DNA from: an uncultured Chloroflexia bacterium
GTDB lineage: Bacteria; Chloroflexota; Limnocylindria; Limnocylindrales; CSP1-4
DNA length: 64,000 bases
Direction: 5' to 3'
Assembly (NCBI GenBank): GCA_963748625.1
Contig: CAVVJT010000010.1
Coordinates: forward strand, 768,001 to 832,000
Shown here: positions 1 through 10,116 of the stretch, piece after piece
Layout of the letters: each line of letters begins with the position of its first letter
Numbering within the stretch: position 1 is the first letter of the stretch
Program-made: the position numbers and the translations under genes
The notes under the pieces: generated by a model
The model's input: the letters and a program-made list of their open reading frames with translations, nothing else
Told to the model about the DNA's origin: nothing
Database searches by the model: none

Positions 1-1545
1 CCCTTGGTCAGCGCCTTGGTGGTGTTGCCGACCGCGTCGAGGCGGTCGGTGATCTCGCGGGCGCCGGCCTCGGCGCGGGAGAACTCGGCGACGCCACCGG
101 CGTTGTCGGTGATCGGGCCGAACGTGTCCATCGCCAGGATGTAGGCAGTGGTCATGAGCATGCCCATGGTGGCGACGGCGGTGCCGAAGATGCCGCCCAC
201 ATTGGAGGTCGTGCCGTCGGCATTCACTCGCAGGAGACCGGCCTGTTCACCGAGCCAGTGGCTGGCGATGAGCGCGATGCCGATCGTGATGGCGGTGACG
301 GCGGTGGTCTCATAGCCGACTGCGGTGCCGCTGATGATGTTGGTGGCGGGGCCGGTCTTGGACGCCTCCGCGATCTCGCGGACCGGGCGGAAGCCGCCTG
401 CCGTGTAGAACTGCGTGATGTAGACGAACGCGACGGAGGTCAGGAGGCCCACGATGCCGGCGAGGAAGAACCAGATCCAGGCCGGGATGTCGCTCGTGCC
501 GGTCTCGGTGCCCGTCTGCATCATCACGTAGGTGGTGATACCGAGACCGATCACCGAGAGGCCCGCGGTGACCCAGTACCCGCGGTTGAGGATGTTCATC
601 GGGTCCTCATCCTCCCTGCCGCGGATGAAGAACGCGACGGCCACGATGGTGGCCAGGAGGCCGAAGGCGCGCACGACGAGCGGGAAGAAGATCCAGGCTT
701 CAGGGTTGGCCCAGCCTGCCGACACGGCGATCTGGTAGACCGCGACGCCGAGGATCATGGCGCCGATGTTCTCGGCGGCGGTGGACTCGAACAGGTCCGC
801 ACCACGGCCGGCGCAGTCGCCGACGTTGTCGCCCACGAGGTCCGCGATCACGCCTGCATTGCGGGGGTCGTCCTCGGGGATGCCCTTCTCCACCTTGCCG
901 ACGAGGTCGGCAGCCGACGTCCGCGGCCTTGGTGTAGATGCCGCCGCCCAGCTGGGCGAACAGGGCCACGAACGAGGCGCCGAAGCCGAAGCCGACGATG
1001 AGGAACGGCGCCTCCTCGATGCCGATGTCCGCGAACAGCGCCTGGTAGAGCGTGAAGATGCCCCACACGCCGAGCAGCGAGAGCGCCACGACGAGGAAGC
1101 CGGAGACCGCGCCGCCACGCATGGCGACCTGGACGGCCTCGACCAGGCTGCGGCGGGCGGCGGCCGCGGTACGCACGTTGGAGCGCACGGAGACCGTCAT
1201 GCCGATGATGCCCGACGCCATCGAGCACGCCGCGCCGACGAGGAAGGCGAACGCCGTCAGGGCGCCGATCGGGATGCCGGCCAGGGCCGGCACATCGGCC
1301 ACCTCCTTCGACTCGACGAGGGCGATGACGATGCCGATGATCACCGACGCGACCACGGCGAGAACGGCGATCGTCGTGTACTGGCGCTTGACGAAGGCGT
1401 CCGCACCCTCACGGATGATGTCGCCCACGTCCTGCATGGCCTGCGGGCCCTTGTCCCGGCTCAGGACATCACGCGCGAGATACAACGCGAACAGGATCGC
1501 GATGATTCCCGCGATCGGTACGAGCAACTGGAGCGTTTGGGCCAT
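1..1545 (-). CDS. hppA: Membrane-bound H+-translocating pyrophosphatase, K+-independent type (3' end outside the window; 1-bp insertion near 912)
   Basis: GGGIYTKAADVG|ADLVGKVEKGIPEDDPRNAGVIADLVGDNVGDCAG signature joined across an extra T; LDAVGNTTKALTKG at positions 1-40. Confidence 0.95.
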
Positions 1546-1711
1546 CGGGTTCTGCAGAGCCTCCTACGCAGGGTTCATGCCGCTGTCCGTGGGCTCACGA
1601 CACGTGTCGTGGCCTCCCGGGTCCCTCCCGGACCGGGTCCTTCTCGGGTCGGCGTGGGGCGATTCCTGACGGGCGTTCGGAACGCTTGGGAAGCGCCGCG
1701 TCGGTGGCAAG

Positions 1712-1741
1712 AGTCTATGGGTGTGCGCGGACACGGGTCAA
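1712..1741 (-). promoter_or_regulatory. Sigma70-type promoter for hppA
   Basis: TTGACC-N18-TAGACT on the minus strand, ~165 nt upstream of the ATG; AGGAGG at 1565-1560. Confidence 0.65.
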
Positions 1742-1906
1742 ACCGGATACGGGCCCGGACGGATCGCTTCCACCCGGCGACCGGTCCTATGCATTGCATC
1801 CCCGATGGGCCGCGGGGGGTCCGAACGGCCCTATTGGTCGACACCTGCCAGTCGCCGGGGACACCCGTCGGCCGCGAGCGAGTCCCGCCCCCTATACTCC
1901 CCGCTC

Positions 1907-2500
1907 GTGGACCGACGCTCGTCTTTCGGGTGTCTCGTCGAAATCGTCGAGACCCTCGTCCTCACCCTTGTCATCTTCTTCGTCATCCAGAACTTCATCG
2001 CGCAGCCGTTCCAAGTGCAGCAGCAGTCGATGGAGCAGACCCTGGAGCCGGGGCAGTACGTGCTTGTCGACAAGCTGACGCCCCGCTGGGACGAGTACAG
2101 CCGGGGCGACGTCATCGTCTTCAACCCGCCCGAGTCCTGGACGCCCGACCCAACGCCGTTCATCAAGCGCGTGATCGGCGAACCCGGCGACACGGTGGAG
2201 GTCCGTGACGACGGCTTTGTCTACGTGAACGGCGTCCAGCTCGATGAGCCGTACACGTACACGAACGACGAGGGCGTCAACGAGCCCACCCTGGTGTCGC
2301 CCGACCAGACGCGCTGGGTGATCCCCGAGGGCCAGCTGTTCGTGATGGGCGACCACCGGATGAAGTCGGCCGATTCACGGGTCTTCGGGCCGATCGAGAT
2401 CGACAACGTCGTCGGGCGGGCCTTCCTGCGCTACTGGCCCATCAGCACCTTCGGCTTCCTCGAGACGCCCACTTACCCGGACATCCCGGACGGCCAGTAG
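1907..2500 (+). CDS. lepB: Signal peptidase I
   Basis: N-terminal TM, SMEQTL catalytic Ser box, FIKRVIGEPGD Lys box, MGDHRMKSADSRVFG; GTG start 8 nt after TATACT. Confidence 0.95.
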   Translation: MDRRSSFGCLVEIVETLVLTLVIFFVIQNFIAQPFQVQQQSMEQTLEPGQYVLVDKLTPRWDEYSRGDVIVFNPPESWTPDPTPFIKRVIGEPGDTVEVRDDGFVYVNGVQLDEPYTYTNDEGVNEPTLVSPDQTRWVIPEGQLFVMGDHRMKSADSRVFGPIEIDNVVGRAFLRYWPISTFGFLETPTYPDIPDGQ

Positions 2501-2515
2501 CAGCCGCCCTCCGCC

Positions 2516-3247
2516 ATGACCGTCGCCCTGGTCCTGCTGGCACTCCTGGTGACCGCGGGTGCCGTGGTCGCCGTCGGAGCTGCCACGCCGCGTCTCGCCG
2601 CCCTGGGCATGTTCGTCGCCATGGTCGGATCGGCCTACGTCGCCGATCCCCTGCCGACGACGCTCGCGCTCGCGGCACGTCTCGTCGGCTCGACGCTGGG
2701 GGCCTACCTCGTCTGGATCGCCCTCCGACGCGCCCCGACGCAGATCCCGGGCATTGCCGTCGCCTGGACCGGCGCCGCGGTCGTCGCGGGGGCGGCATTC
2801 CTGATCGGCTGGCTCGCGGCGGGCTCCCTGGGTACCGCCCTCGCTGCGGGCTCCGGGGACGGCCCGGGCCTCAGCTCGGTCGGCGCGGCCCTGGCCGAGG
2901 GATCCCCGGTCGCGCGGGCCGCGCTGGGTGCCTCGCTCGCCCTGGCCGCTGTGGCCATCGCACCGGTGGTGATCGCGCGCGACCTCCTGCGGACCGGGCT
3001 CGGCCTGCTCCTGCTGCTCGCGTCCGCGACGCTCCTGCGCAATGCTCTCGGCACCTCTGCCGACCCGGTGTTCGAGTTCGCCGTGGCCGTCCTCACCGCG
3101 GCGGCCGGCGCCGCGATCGGGGCGGTCATCGCGAGCGCCCTGCGCCGGACCGGCGACCTCGTCCTGCGTGACAGCTTCCGGCGGGATGCGGCCGTGCGCC
3201 ACCGTGCCGCCGACGACGCGCATCTCGACGTGGACGGCGCCCGATGA
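2516..3247 (+). CDS. Hypothetical polytopic membrane protein
   Basis: 243 aa with ~7 hydrophobic segments; ATGA overlap with the next gene. Confidence 0.75.
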   Translation: MTVALVLLALLVTAGAVVAVGAATPRLAALGMFVAMVGSAYVADPLPTTLALAARLVGSTLGAYLVWIALRRAPTQIPGIAVAWTGAAVVAGAAFLIGWLAAGSLGTALAAGSGDGPGLSSVGAALAEGSPVARAALGASLALAAVAIAPVVIARDLLRTGLGLLLLLASATLLRNALGTSADPVFEFAVAVLTAAAGAAIGAVIASALRRTGDLVLRDSFRRDAAVRHRAADDAHLDVDGAR

Positions 3248-5086
3248 TCCTGCCCACCATCGTCGCCGTTGCGGCACTCGGGGCGGCCGGCTCGGCCTGG
3301 GGCCTGCCACGGACCGGCCGCCAGGCGCGGGTCGGCCTCTGGGCGGGTGTGCTGGCGCTGCTGGCGGTCCTGGTCCTGACCCTCATGCTGACGCCGGCAC
3401 CGCTTGGGCCTGGCGGCACGCCAACTGCCTCGCCGAGCGATCCGTTCGGCGGCTACCTGGTCCCGACCTCCTACCTGCGGATGGTCGTCGGGCTCGAGGC
3501 TCTCATGGCGGTGGTGATCGTCCTGACCGCGTGGCTGCTCGCCGGCTTGCGGGTCCTCCGTGGTCTCCTGCCGGCCACACTCGCAGCGATCGGGGGGACG
3601 ACCGTCGCACTGGCCTCAGCCGACCTCGGACTCTCCGTGGCGGCCGCCGTGGCGGTGGGCCTGGCGGCCCTCGCCATCGTGCTCCTCGACGTGGAGGGAC
3701 CGCGGGCCATCGCACCCGCCACCCGCGAGCTCCGGGTGACGCTGGTCGGCGGTGCCGTGCTGCTGGCCGTGGTGGAGGCGCTGCCGCATCCTCGCCGACC
3801 TCGTCCTGCGCAGCCTCGGCTCGGGCGAGGGCACGGCCGGAAGCGGTGAGATCGGCGCGGCGGTGGGCCTGCTGACGCTCGCGGGCACCGGCGCGATCGC
3901 CGTGCGCTACGGCGTGCTGCCGTTCCACCTCCGGATCCCGCGCCTCACCGACGTCGTGCCCCCGATCACCCTGCCACTCCTGCTGGCCTGGATCCCACTG
4001 CCGCTCGCCGTGGCCGGGATCGCCGCCGTGGACAACCTCGTGGCGCCGCTCGCCCTGCCGCTCGACGGGGAACGGGCGATCGTGATCCTGGTCGCAGCGG
4101 CCACGCTGCTCGGTGCGTCGCTTGCCGCCTTCACCCAGGACGACCTGCGCCACACGACGGGCTACCTCGTCATCGCGGATGCTGGAATCCTGGTGCTCGC
4201 CGCGGCCGCCCTCGACCCCGCAGCCTGGGGTCCCACCCGCACGTGGGTTGTCGTGCTCGCCGCCTCGAAGACAGCGCTCGGCGCCTGGGCGGCCGTGACG
4301 GAGGAGCGGTTCCAGACCCGGAGCATCCCCGATCTCCGCGGCTGGATGCGCCGCTCCCCGCTGCTCGCGGCAGGTCTCCTCGTAACCATCGTGGCCACGT
4401 TCGGGCTGCCAGGCTGGGTCGCGTTCAACGCCCGCGAGCAGATCGCAGGCCTCGCCGCGGACGGTGCAGGCGTGGTGGTGCTGACGCTGTTGGGCTGGCT
4501 GGCACTCCCGGCATACCTGCGGCTGGTGGTGGTGGGTGCCGGCCGCGTGACGAGCAAGGTTGACGGCGCGGCGCCGGAGCGGTTCGTGCGCGGCGCCCGG
4601 CGGTCCCGCCGACGGGAGGAGCGGCTGCCCGTGGAGCCCGATACGGCCAAGGCGGCCACGGTGACGGATGCGGCCCAGGCGGCATCGGCCTCAGCAACCC
4701 CGACCGCGGTGACGGATGCGGCCCAGGCGACCGGGGAGGTGTCCCTCCCCGTCGTCCCCGTCGTGCCCGCGACCACCGGAGGCTCCAGGCTGGGCAGCTG
4801 TGCGCGGGAAGGCCAGTGCCGCTGTGGCGATGGCGGGGAGCTCGGCCAGCTCCGCCGCGCAGTCCGGGCGACGCGCCGTGGTGGCGCGTCGGACGCCGCA
4901 CGCAGACCCGGAACCGCTGCATGAACGCGCCGCCGGGGCGCTCCGGCGCGATCGGGCGGAGCTGCTGGCGGGCGCGGTGCTCGCGCTCTCGCGCTGCTCG
5001 CGGCGCTGACCTCATGGGGCGCGCTCGACATCGTCGGGGCGGCTGCCCAGCCGGCCCCTGAGGTGGTCACGACCCTGGGGGACTGA
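3244..5086 (+). CDS. Proton-conducting transporter membrane subunit (NuoN/MrpD/HyfB-like), degenerate; frameshifts near 3785, 4800 and 4990
   Basis: [50 protein letters not shown] resemble Proton_antipo_M motifs; joined from ORFs 3244-3849 and 3752-4924 plus a tail. Confidence 0.65.
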
Positions 5087-5155
5087 CCGTCGGAATCGCG
5101 AAGGCCACGCGGCCTGGTGGCAGCGCGGCCTCCTCGCTGTGCGGTGCGGAGCGGG

Positions 5156-5624
5156 CTACTCCTCCGGAGCGAGCACCCAGCGATCGATCTCGCGCTCGTA
5201 GTTGAGCAGCTCCTCGGGCTTGAACCACAGGGCGAGCTCGGCGGCGGCGTTCTCGGGGCTGTCGGACGCGTGGACCAGGTTCTGCGCGGTCTCGACGGCG
5301 AAGTCCCCCCGGATGGAGCCCGGAGCGGCCTCGTGCGGGCGCGTCGCGCCGTTCATCGCGCGGACGATCGCGATCGCGTTGGGGCCTTCGAGCGCCGCGG
5401 CCACGAGCGGGCCGGAGGTGATGAAGTCCACGAGGCCCTTGAAGAACGGCTTCTCGCTGTGGACGGCGTAGTGCTGCTCGGCCAGGGCGCGGTCCACGTG
5501 CGACGAGCTTGAGACCGACAAGCTTGAGGCCGCGCTCCTCGAACCGGGTGATGACCCGGCCGACGAGCTGGCGCTGGACGCCGTCGGGCTTCACGAGGAG
5601 AAGGGTTCGCTGGAGCTCTGCCAT
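5156..5624 (-). CDS. ndk: Nucleoside diphosphate kinase (frameshift near 5500)
   Basis: [18 protein letters not shown]...ITSGP...PGSIRGDF...NLVHASDS with the catalytic His. Confidence 0.96.
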
Positions 5625-5797
5625 GGGTGCTGCACGCCTCGCTGGTTCGCGGAGCCGGCGGGCCGGTCCGCGGTTCGGTTTGTGGTGGCGCGACTCCGTG
5701 CACATCCTTGCGGACGGACGGCGCGACGCGGGAGGGACAGGGTAGCGCGGCTCGGAGCGGGCCGTGCGCCGCCTGCCGGCCGCCTGACTCGCCCAGA

Positions 5798-6864
5798 TCA
5801 GCGGAGGTCGTCGCACCTCGTCGGATCGCCGTACGCTGACGCGCTGACGCGCCCGCGGCCTGGTCGTACGCCTCGAGCGCCTCGTCCTCCCGGCCGAGCA
5901 GCCGGAGGGCGTCGCCGGCGACGAGGGCCAGGAGGGGCGCCTCGGTCCGGTCCTCCACGACGTCGAGGACGCCGCGGGCGAACCCGGGATCCAGGCGCAG
6001 CGCGATCCCGAGCCGGATCGCGGCGGTCGTGCTGTCGCCCCGGTTCATCGCAGCCCGCCCGCCAGCGAACGCCTCGGCGGCAGCGGCACTCGCGACGACG
6101 GCTGCGCCACCCGCGACGGCGCGCGCCCGGTCGGTGCCGGCGTCCGGGACGGCCCGCGTCGAGCATGTGGTCGCCCGGCCAGATCGCGCTTCGTGGCATG
6201 CCGGCGAAGATCGGGTCGAGCGGTGCCTCGATGGCGCCCGAGCGCACGGGCGGCGAGGCGACGGGCCTCGCTGGGGCGTCCCACCGCGGCGATCGCCTCG
6301 GCTGGCGATCACCAGCGCGATGCCGTCACGGCGACCACGCGCGATGGCGGCATTCGCGGCCTCGCCCGCTCCCGCGAGGTCGCCGGTCCGCCAGCGGATC
6401 TCGGCGAGATCGACCAGGGCCTCCTCGTCGAGCGCGCCTCGACCGGCGAGGGCCTCGAGCTCGGCGCGGCGAGGGCGAGCGCGCCCGGTGCGCAGGTGGA
6501 GGCGGGCAAGGCGCAGCGAGAGCGGGCGGCCGCCGAGGGGCGGATCGGCGGGCTCGGGGTCGGGCTCGGGCAGGGGCAGGACGAACGCGGGCTCGGGGTC
6601 GGGCTCGACGGGGGCTGCGGGCTCGGGGTCGGGCTCGGGCAGGGGCAGGACGAACGCGGGCTCGGGGTCGGGCTCGACGGGGGCTGCGGGCTCGGGGTCG
6701 GGCTCGGGCAGGGGCAGGACGCGTCGGGCGGGCTCGGGGTCGGGCTCGACGGGGGCTGCGGGCTCGGGGTCGGGCTCGACGGGGGCTGCGGGCTCGGGGT
6801 CGGGCTCGGGCGTCGCGGCTCGCCGGCGCAGACGCGCCAGCCCCCTCGGCGGCTCTCCGGTCAT
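5798..6864 (-). CDS. TPR-like helical protein with an N-terminal Pro/Glu/Asp repeat; several frameshifts, 3' end uncertain
   Basis: ATGA overlap with the peptidase stop; [18 protein letters not shown] and [21 protein letters not shown] resemble TPR helices. Confidence 0.6.
6549..6810. repeat. Coding tandem repeat of 30- and 39-bp modules ([12 protein letters not shown] / [13 protein letters not shown])
   Basis: Core gggctcggggtcgggctcg recurs about 8 times. Confidence 0.92.
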
Positions 6865-8133
6865 CGGGGCAGCCGCAGGTGCTTGTCGATCCCACGCAGG
6901 TGTCGCCCACTGTGCGACGACGGCCATGCGCAGCCGGTCATCGTGGAACAGCTCGTCAGCGACGCGCAGGATGTCCGTCGGGGGTCACCGCCTCCACGGC
7001 CTCCAGCGCCTGGTCGAGCGTGAGCACCCGCTCGTGGAGCGCCTCCTGGCCGCCGATCCACGACGCCAGGTGGCGCGAGTCGTCCATGCGCAGCTCGAGA
7101 CCGCCCGCGAGGTACGCCTTGGCCTTGGCCAGCTCCTCGGCCGGGACGGGCTCCTCGGCAAGGCGGACCAGCTCGTCCATGATCGCCGCGATCGCCGCGG
7201 GCAGGCGGTCCGGATCCACGCCCGCCGACACCTCCAGGGCGCCCGCGTCGGCGTACTCCACGATCGCCTGACGACACGTCGTACGCGAGGCCCTTCTCCT
7301 CGCGCACATTCAGGAACAGGCGACTCGACATCCCGTCGCCGAGCACCCCGTTGAGCACGGCCAGGCTCCAGGCGTCGGGATGGTCGCGCCGGAGCGCGGG
7401 GACGGCGATCGAGAGCTGGGCCTGGGTCGTGTCGCGACGGCCCGTGAGCACGCGTGGGCCGGCGGGCAGTCATCGGCGCGGGCTCGAACGCGGGAGCCCG
7501 GCCGGAGCCGGAACCGAACGCCTTCGCCACAAGCTCGACCGCCTCGTCGTGGCCGATGTCGCCCGCGACCGCCACGACGGTGTTCGCCGGGCGGTACATG
7601 GCGCTCCAGAACTCCCGGATCGGCGCTGCGGGCAGCGCCCGGATACCAGCTTCCTCGCCGCAGATCTCGCGGCCGAGCGGCCCGTCGCCGAAGAGCGCCT
7701 GCCCGATCAGGATCTGGCAGTACTCGGCCGGATCGTCGAGGTAGGAGCGGATCTCCTCGACGATCACCGTCCGCTCCTGGTCGATGTCGGCCTCGGCCAG
7801 CGTGGGCCGCACGACCAGCTCGCCCATGACGTCGATCGCCTTGGCTGCCTGGCGGCGCGGGACACGCGCCCAGTAGACCGTGGACTCGCGATCCGTGGCC
7901 GCGTTGGCGGAGCCGCCGACACCCTCGACCGCCTCGCTGATCGCCCGGCTCGACGGATAGCCGGCCGTCCCCTTGAACGTGAGGTGCTCCATGAAGTGCG
8001 CGACGCCGGCCTCGGCGGGCGATTCCAGGCGGGAGCCGGCCAGCACGTACGCAGCCACCGACACGCTGCGCGACCCGGGCAGGCGGGCGGAGATGACACG
8101 CGGCCCATCGGGCAGTTCGGTGCGTTGGAACAT
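6861..8133 (-). CDS. M16 (pitrilysin/MPP-like) zinc peptidase; frameshifts near 7465, 7270 and 6980
   Basis: Inverted zincin GVAHFMEHLTFKGT, ANAAT, ERTVIVEE, GDGMSSRLF..VREEKGLAY. Confidence 0.92.
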
Positions 8134-8293
8134 CGCCCGATGGTAGCCCGTCCGGACGTCGGGCCGCGCCGCCCGGGTCCGATGCAAGGCCTGCCCGCGT
8201 ACCGGGCCCACCGGCGTCGCGCCTCCCGCGTACCGGGCACTGCGTGCAGGATCCTGCGTGACCTGCCCCCCACCGTCCCGGGCCGCTGAGCCG

Positions 8294-8508
8294 GGGCCGG
8301 ATCCCATTCCTGGGCGGATGGAATCGCCGATCTATCCGCGGAGGGATGGAATCCGTGGAGTCCGTGCAGGGCCCGGAGCCTGAACCCGGGGTTCGGTGCG
8401 TGAGCTCTGCACGGCCGGGGCGGATCTCATCCTCACGGGGATTGTTGGCCGAACCCATTCGCGCAGGGATGAATCCAGGGAACTATCCGCGTGGAGATGA
8501 CACCGGCC
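8294..8508. repeat. Palindromic dispersed element, copy 1 (MITE/REP-like)
   Basis: Reverse complement is colinear with 29790-29978; ends ggccggatcccat...atgacaccggcc; internal stem ccgtgcagggc...gctctgcacgg. Confidence 0.8.
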
Positions 8509-8529
8509 GGCCGCTGGGCGGCACGGCGC

Positions 8530-8616
8530 GGGGACCAGGGGTGTGAGGGGCCAAGGGCGCTGGGGCCAGAAGGACGAGGAGGGCGGGGACCAGGGGTGTC
8601 AAGGGCCAAGGGCGCG
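8530..8616. repeat. ~30-bp imperfect direct repeat upstream of the ABC operon
   Basis: gggaccaggggtgtgaggggccaagggcgc vs gggaccaggggtgtcaagggccaagggcgc. Confidence 0.7.
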
Positions 8617-8817
8617 ATGGCCCCCGTTCCGCCCCCCAACTGCCCCCATTTCGAACCCGGACGCCCCCGATTCGACCCCCGGCGCGTGCGCGCGCGACCC
8701 GTTGGGACACCCCTGCGCGCCCTAGAATGACGGCCTCACCACGATGGTCGGCGCCGGTCCGTGACTGCCAGCCTGACGTGGGCGATATCGCGTCCCGCGC
8801 AAGGAGGAGCTCTATCG

Positions 8818-10080
8818 ATGGTAGGTCGGACTGGTCGGATCCTGGCGTTGCTGACGGCCGGGACGTGGTGCTTGCGGGCTGCGGCGGGGCGGCATCGAGC
8901 CCGGTGGCCTCGGCGCCCGCTCGGCATCCGCCTCGGGCTGCACGACGGGTGCTGCGTCGGGGACGGAGATCCCGGAGATCGAGGAGGGCAAGTTCAACGT
9001 CGCCATGGTCCTCATCGGACCCCATGACGACGGCGGCTGGAGCCAGGCCCACTACGAGGGCCTCCAGTACGTGTGCGAGAACGTCGATGGCACGCACGTC
9101 GCGTACATCGAGAACGTCCCCGAGGGCGCCGACTCCGAGCAGACCTTCCGGTCGCTCGCGCGCAAGGGCTTCGACTTCATCGTCGGCACCTCGTTCGGCT
9201 ACATGGACCCGATGGAGACGGTCGCCGGGAGTTCCCGGACACGACCTTCCTGCACCTGACCGGGTACAAGAGCAACGGCAAGAACTTCGGCAACTTCTTC
9301 GGCGCGATCGAGACCATGAAGTACCTCGCCGGCATGGTCGCCGGCTCGCGCGCGAAGGCCGACGGCAACCCGAAGATCGGGTACATGGCGACCTTCCCGA
9401 TCCCGGAGGAGCTCCGCCTGGGCAACGCGATCATGCGCGGCGTCCAGGTGACCTGCCCCGAGTGCACGATGGACGTCGTGTTCATCAACACCTGGCACGA
9501 CCCGATCAAGGAGAAGGCCGGCGCCACCGCCCTGTTCGACAACGGCGCGCAGGTCGTCTTCACCGGCGCTGACACCGGTGCTGTCGCCGACGTCGCCCAG
9601 GAGAAGGGCAAGTGGGGCATCACGTACGACCACCCGGCCTCCTGCAAGGTGGACGCCTGCCTGACCGCCCCCTACTGGATCTGGGGCCCGGAGTACGCCA
9701 GGATCGCCGAGAAGGTCAAGGCCGGCACCTACACCGCCGGCTACGAGTACTTCGACGCCGATGCCGGCGCCATGGGCCTGCTGGGCTTCATGGACGGCGA
9801 GACGCTGCGCAAGGGCGTGGCCAGCCTGCCGGAGGCCGACCTGAAGCTGGTGAAGGACACGCTCGCGACGATGCTCAAGAGCGGCACCGGGCGATTCGAC
9901 ATCGTGTTCCCCGGGCCGATCGTGGACAACACCGGCAAGACCCTGCTCGCCGCCGGCGAGAAGCTCAAGCAGTCGGACCTCGACCAGTTCCCGCCCGGCG
10001 CCCCCGGCGCCGAGTGCACCACCTGCATGTACTGGTGGAACGACGGCATCACCGCCGAGCTGCCGGCACTCGGCAACTAG
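8818..10080 (+). CDS. BMP/PnrA-family ABC substrate-binding lipoprotein (several frameshifts in the 5' part)
   Basis: AAGGAGG RBS; LAGC lipobox; IGPHDDGGWSQAHYEGL, GTSFGYMD, YLAGMVAG, NTWHDP. Confidence 0.88.
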
Positions 10081-10116
10081 GCCCAGCCCACGACGATGCC
10101 GGAGGGTGACGAGCAC

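Noticed and set aside
5490-5520. Programmed frameshifting in ndk and other genes
   Set aside because: No slippery heptamers or shared context; indels are scattered, as expected for sequencing error
6549-6810. Repeat with alternating inserts as a CRISPR-like array
   Set aside because: The inserts are short and themselves repeated; the array is in frame within a CDS
8730-8817. Purine riboswitch ahead of the BMP transporter
   Set aside because: I could not find the purine-aptamer consensus; the leader is short and GC-rich
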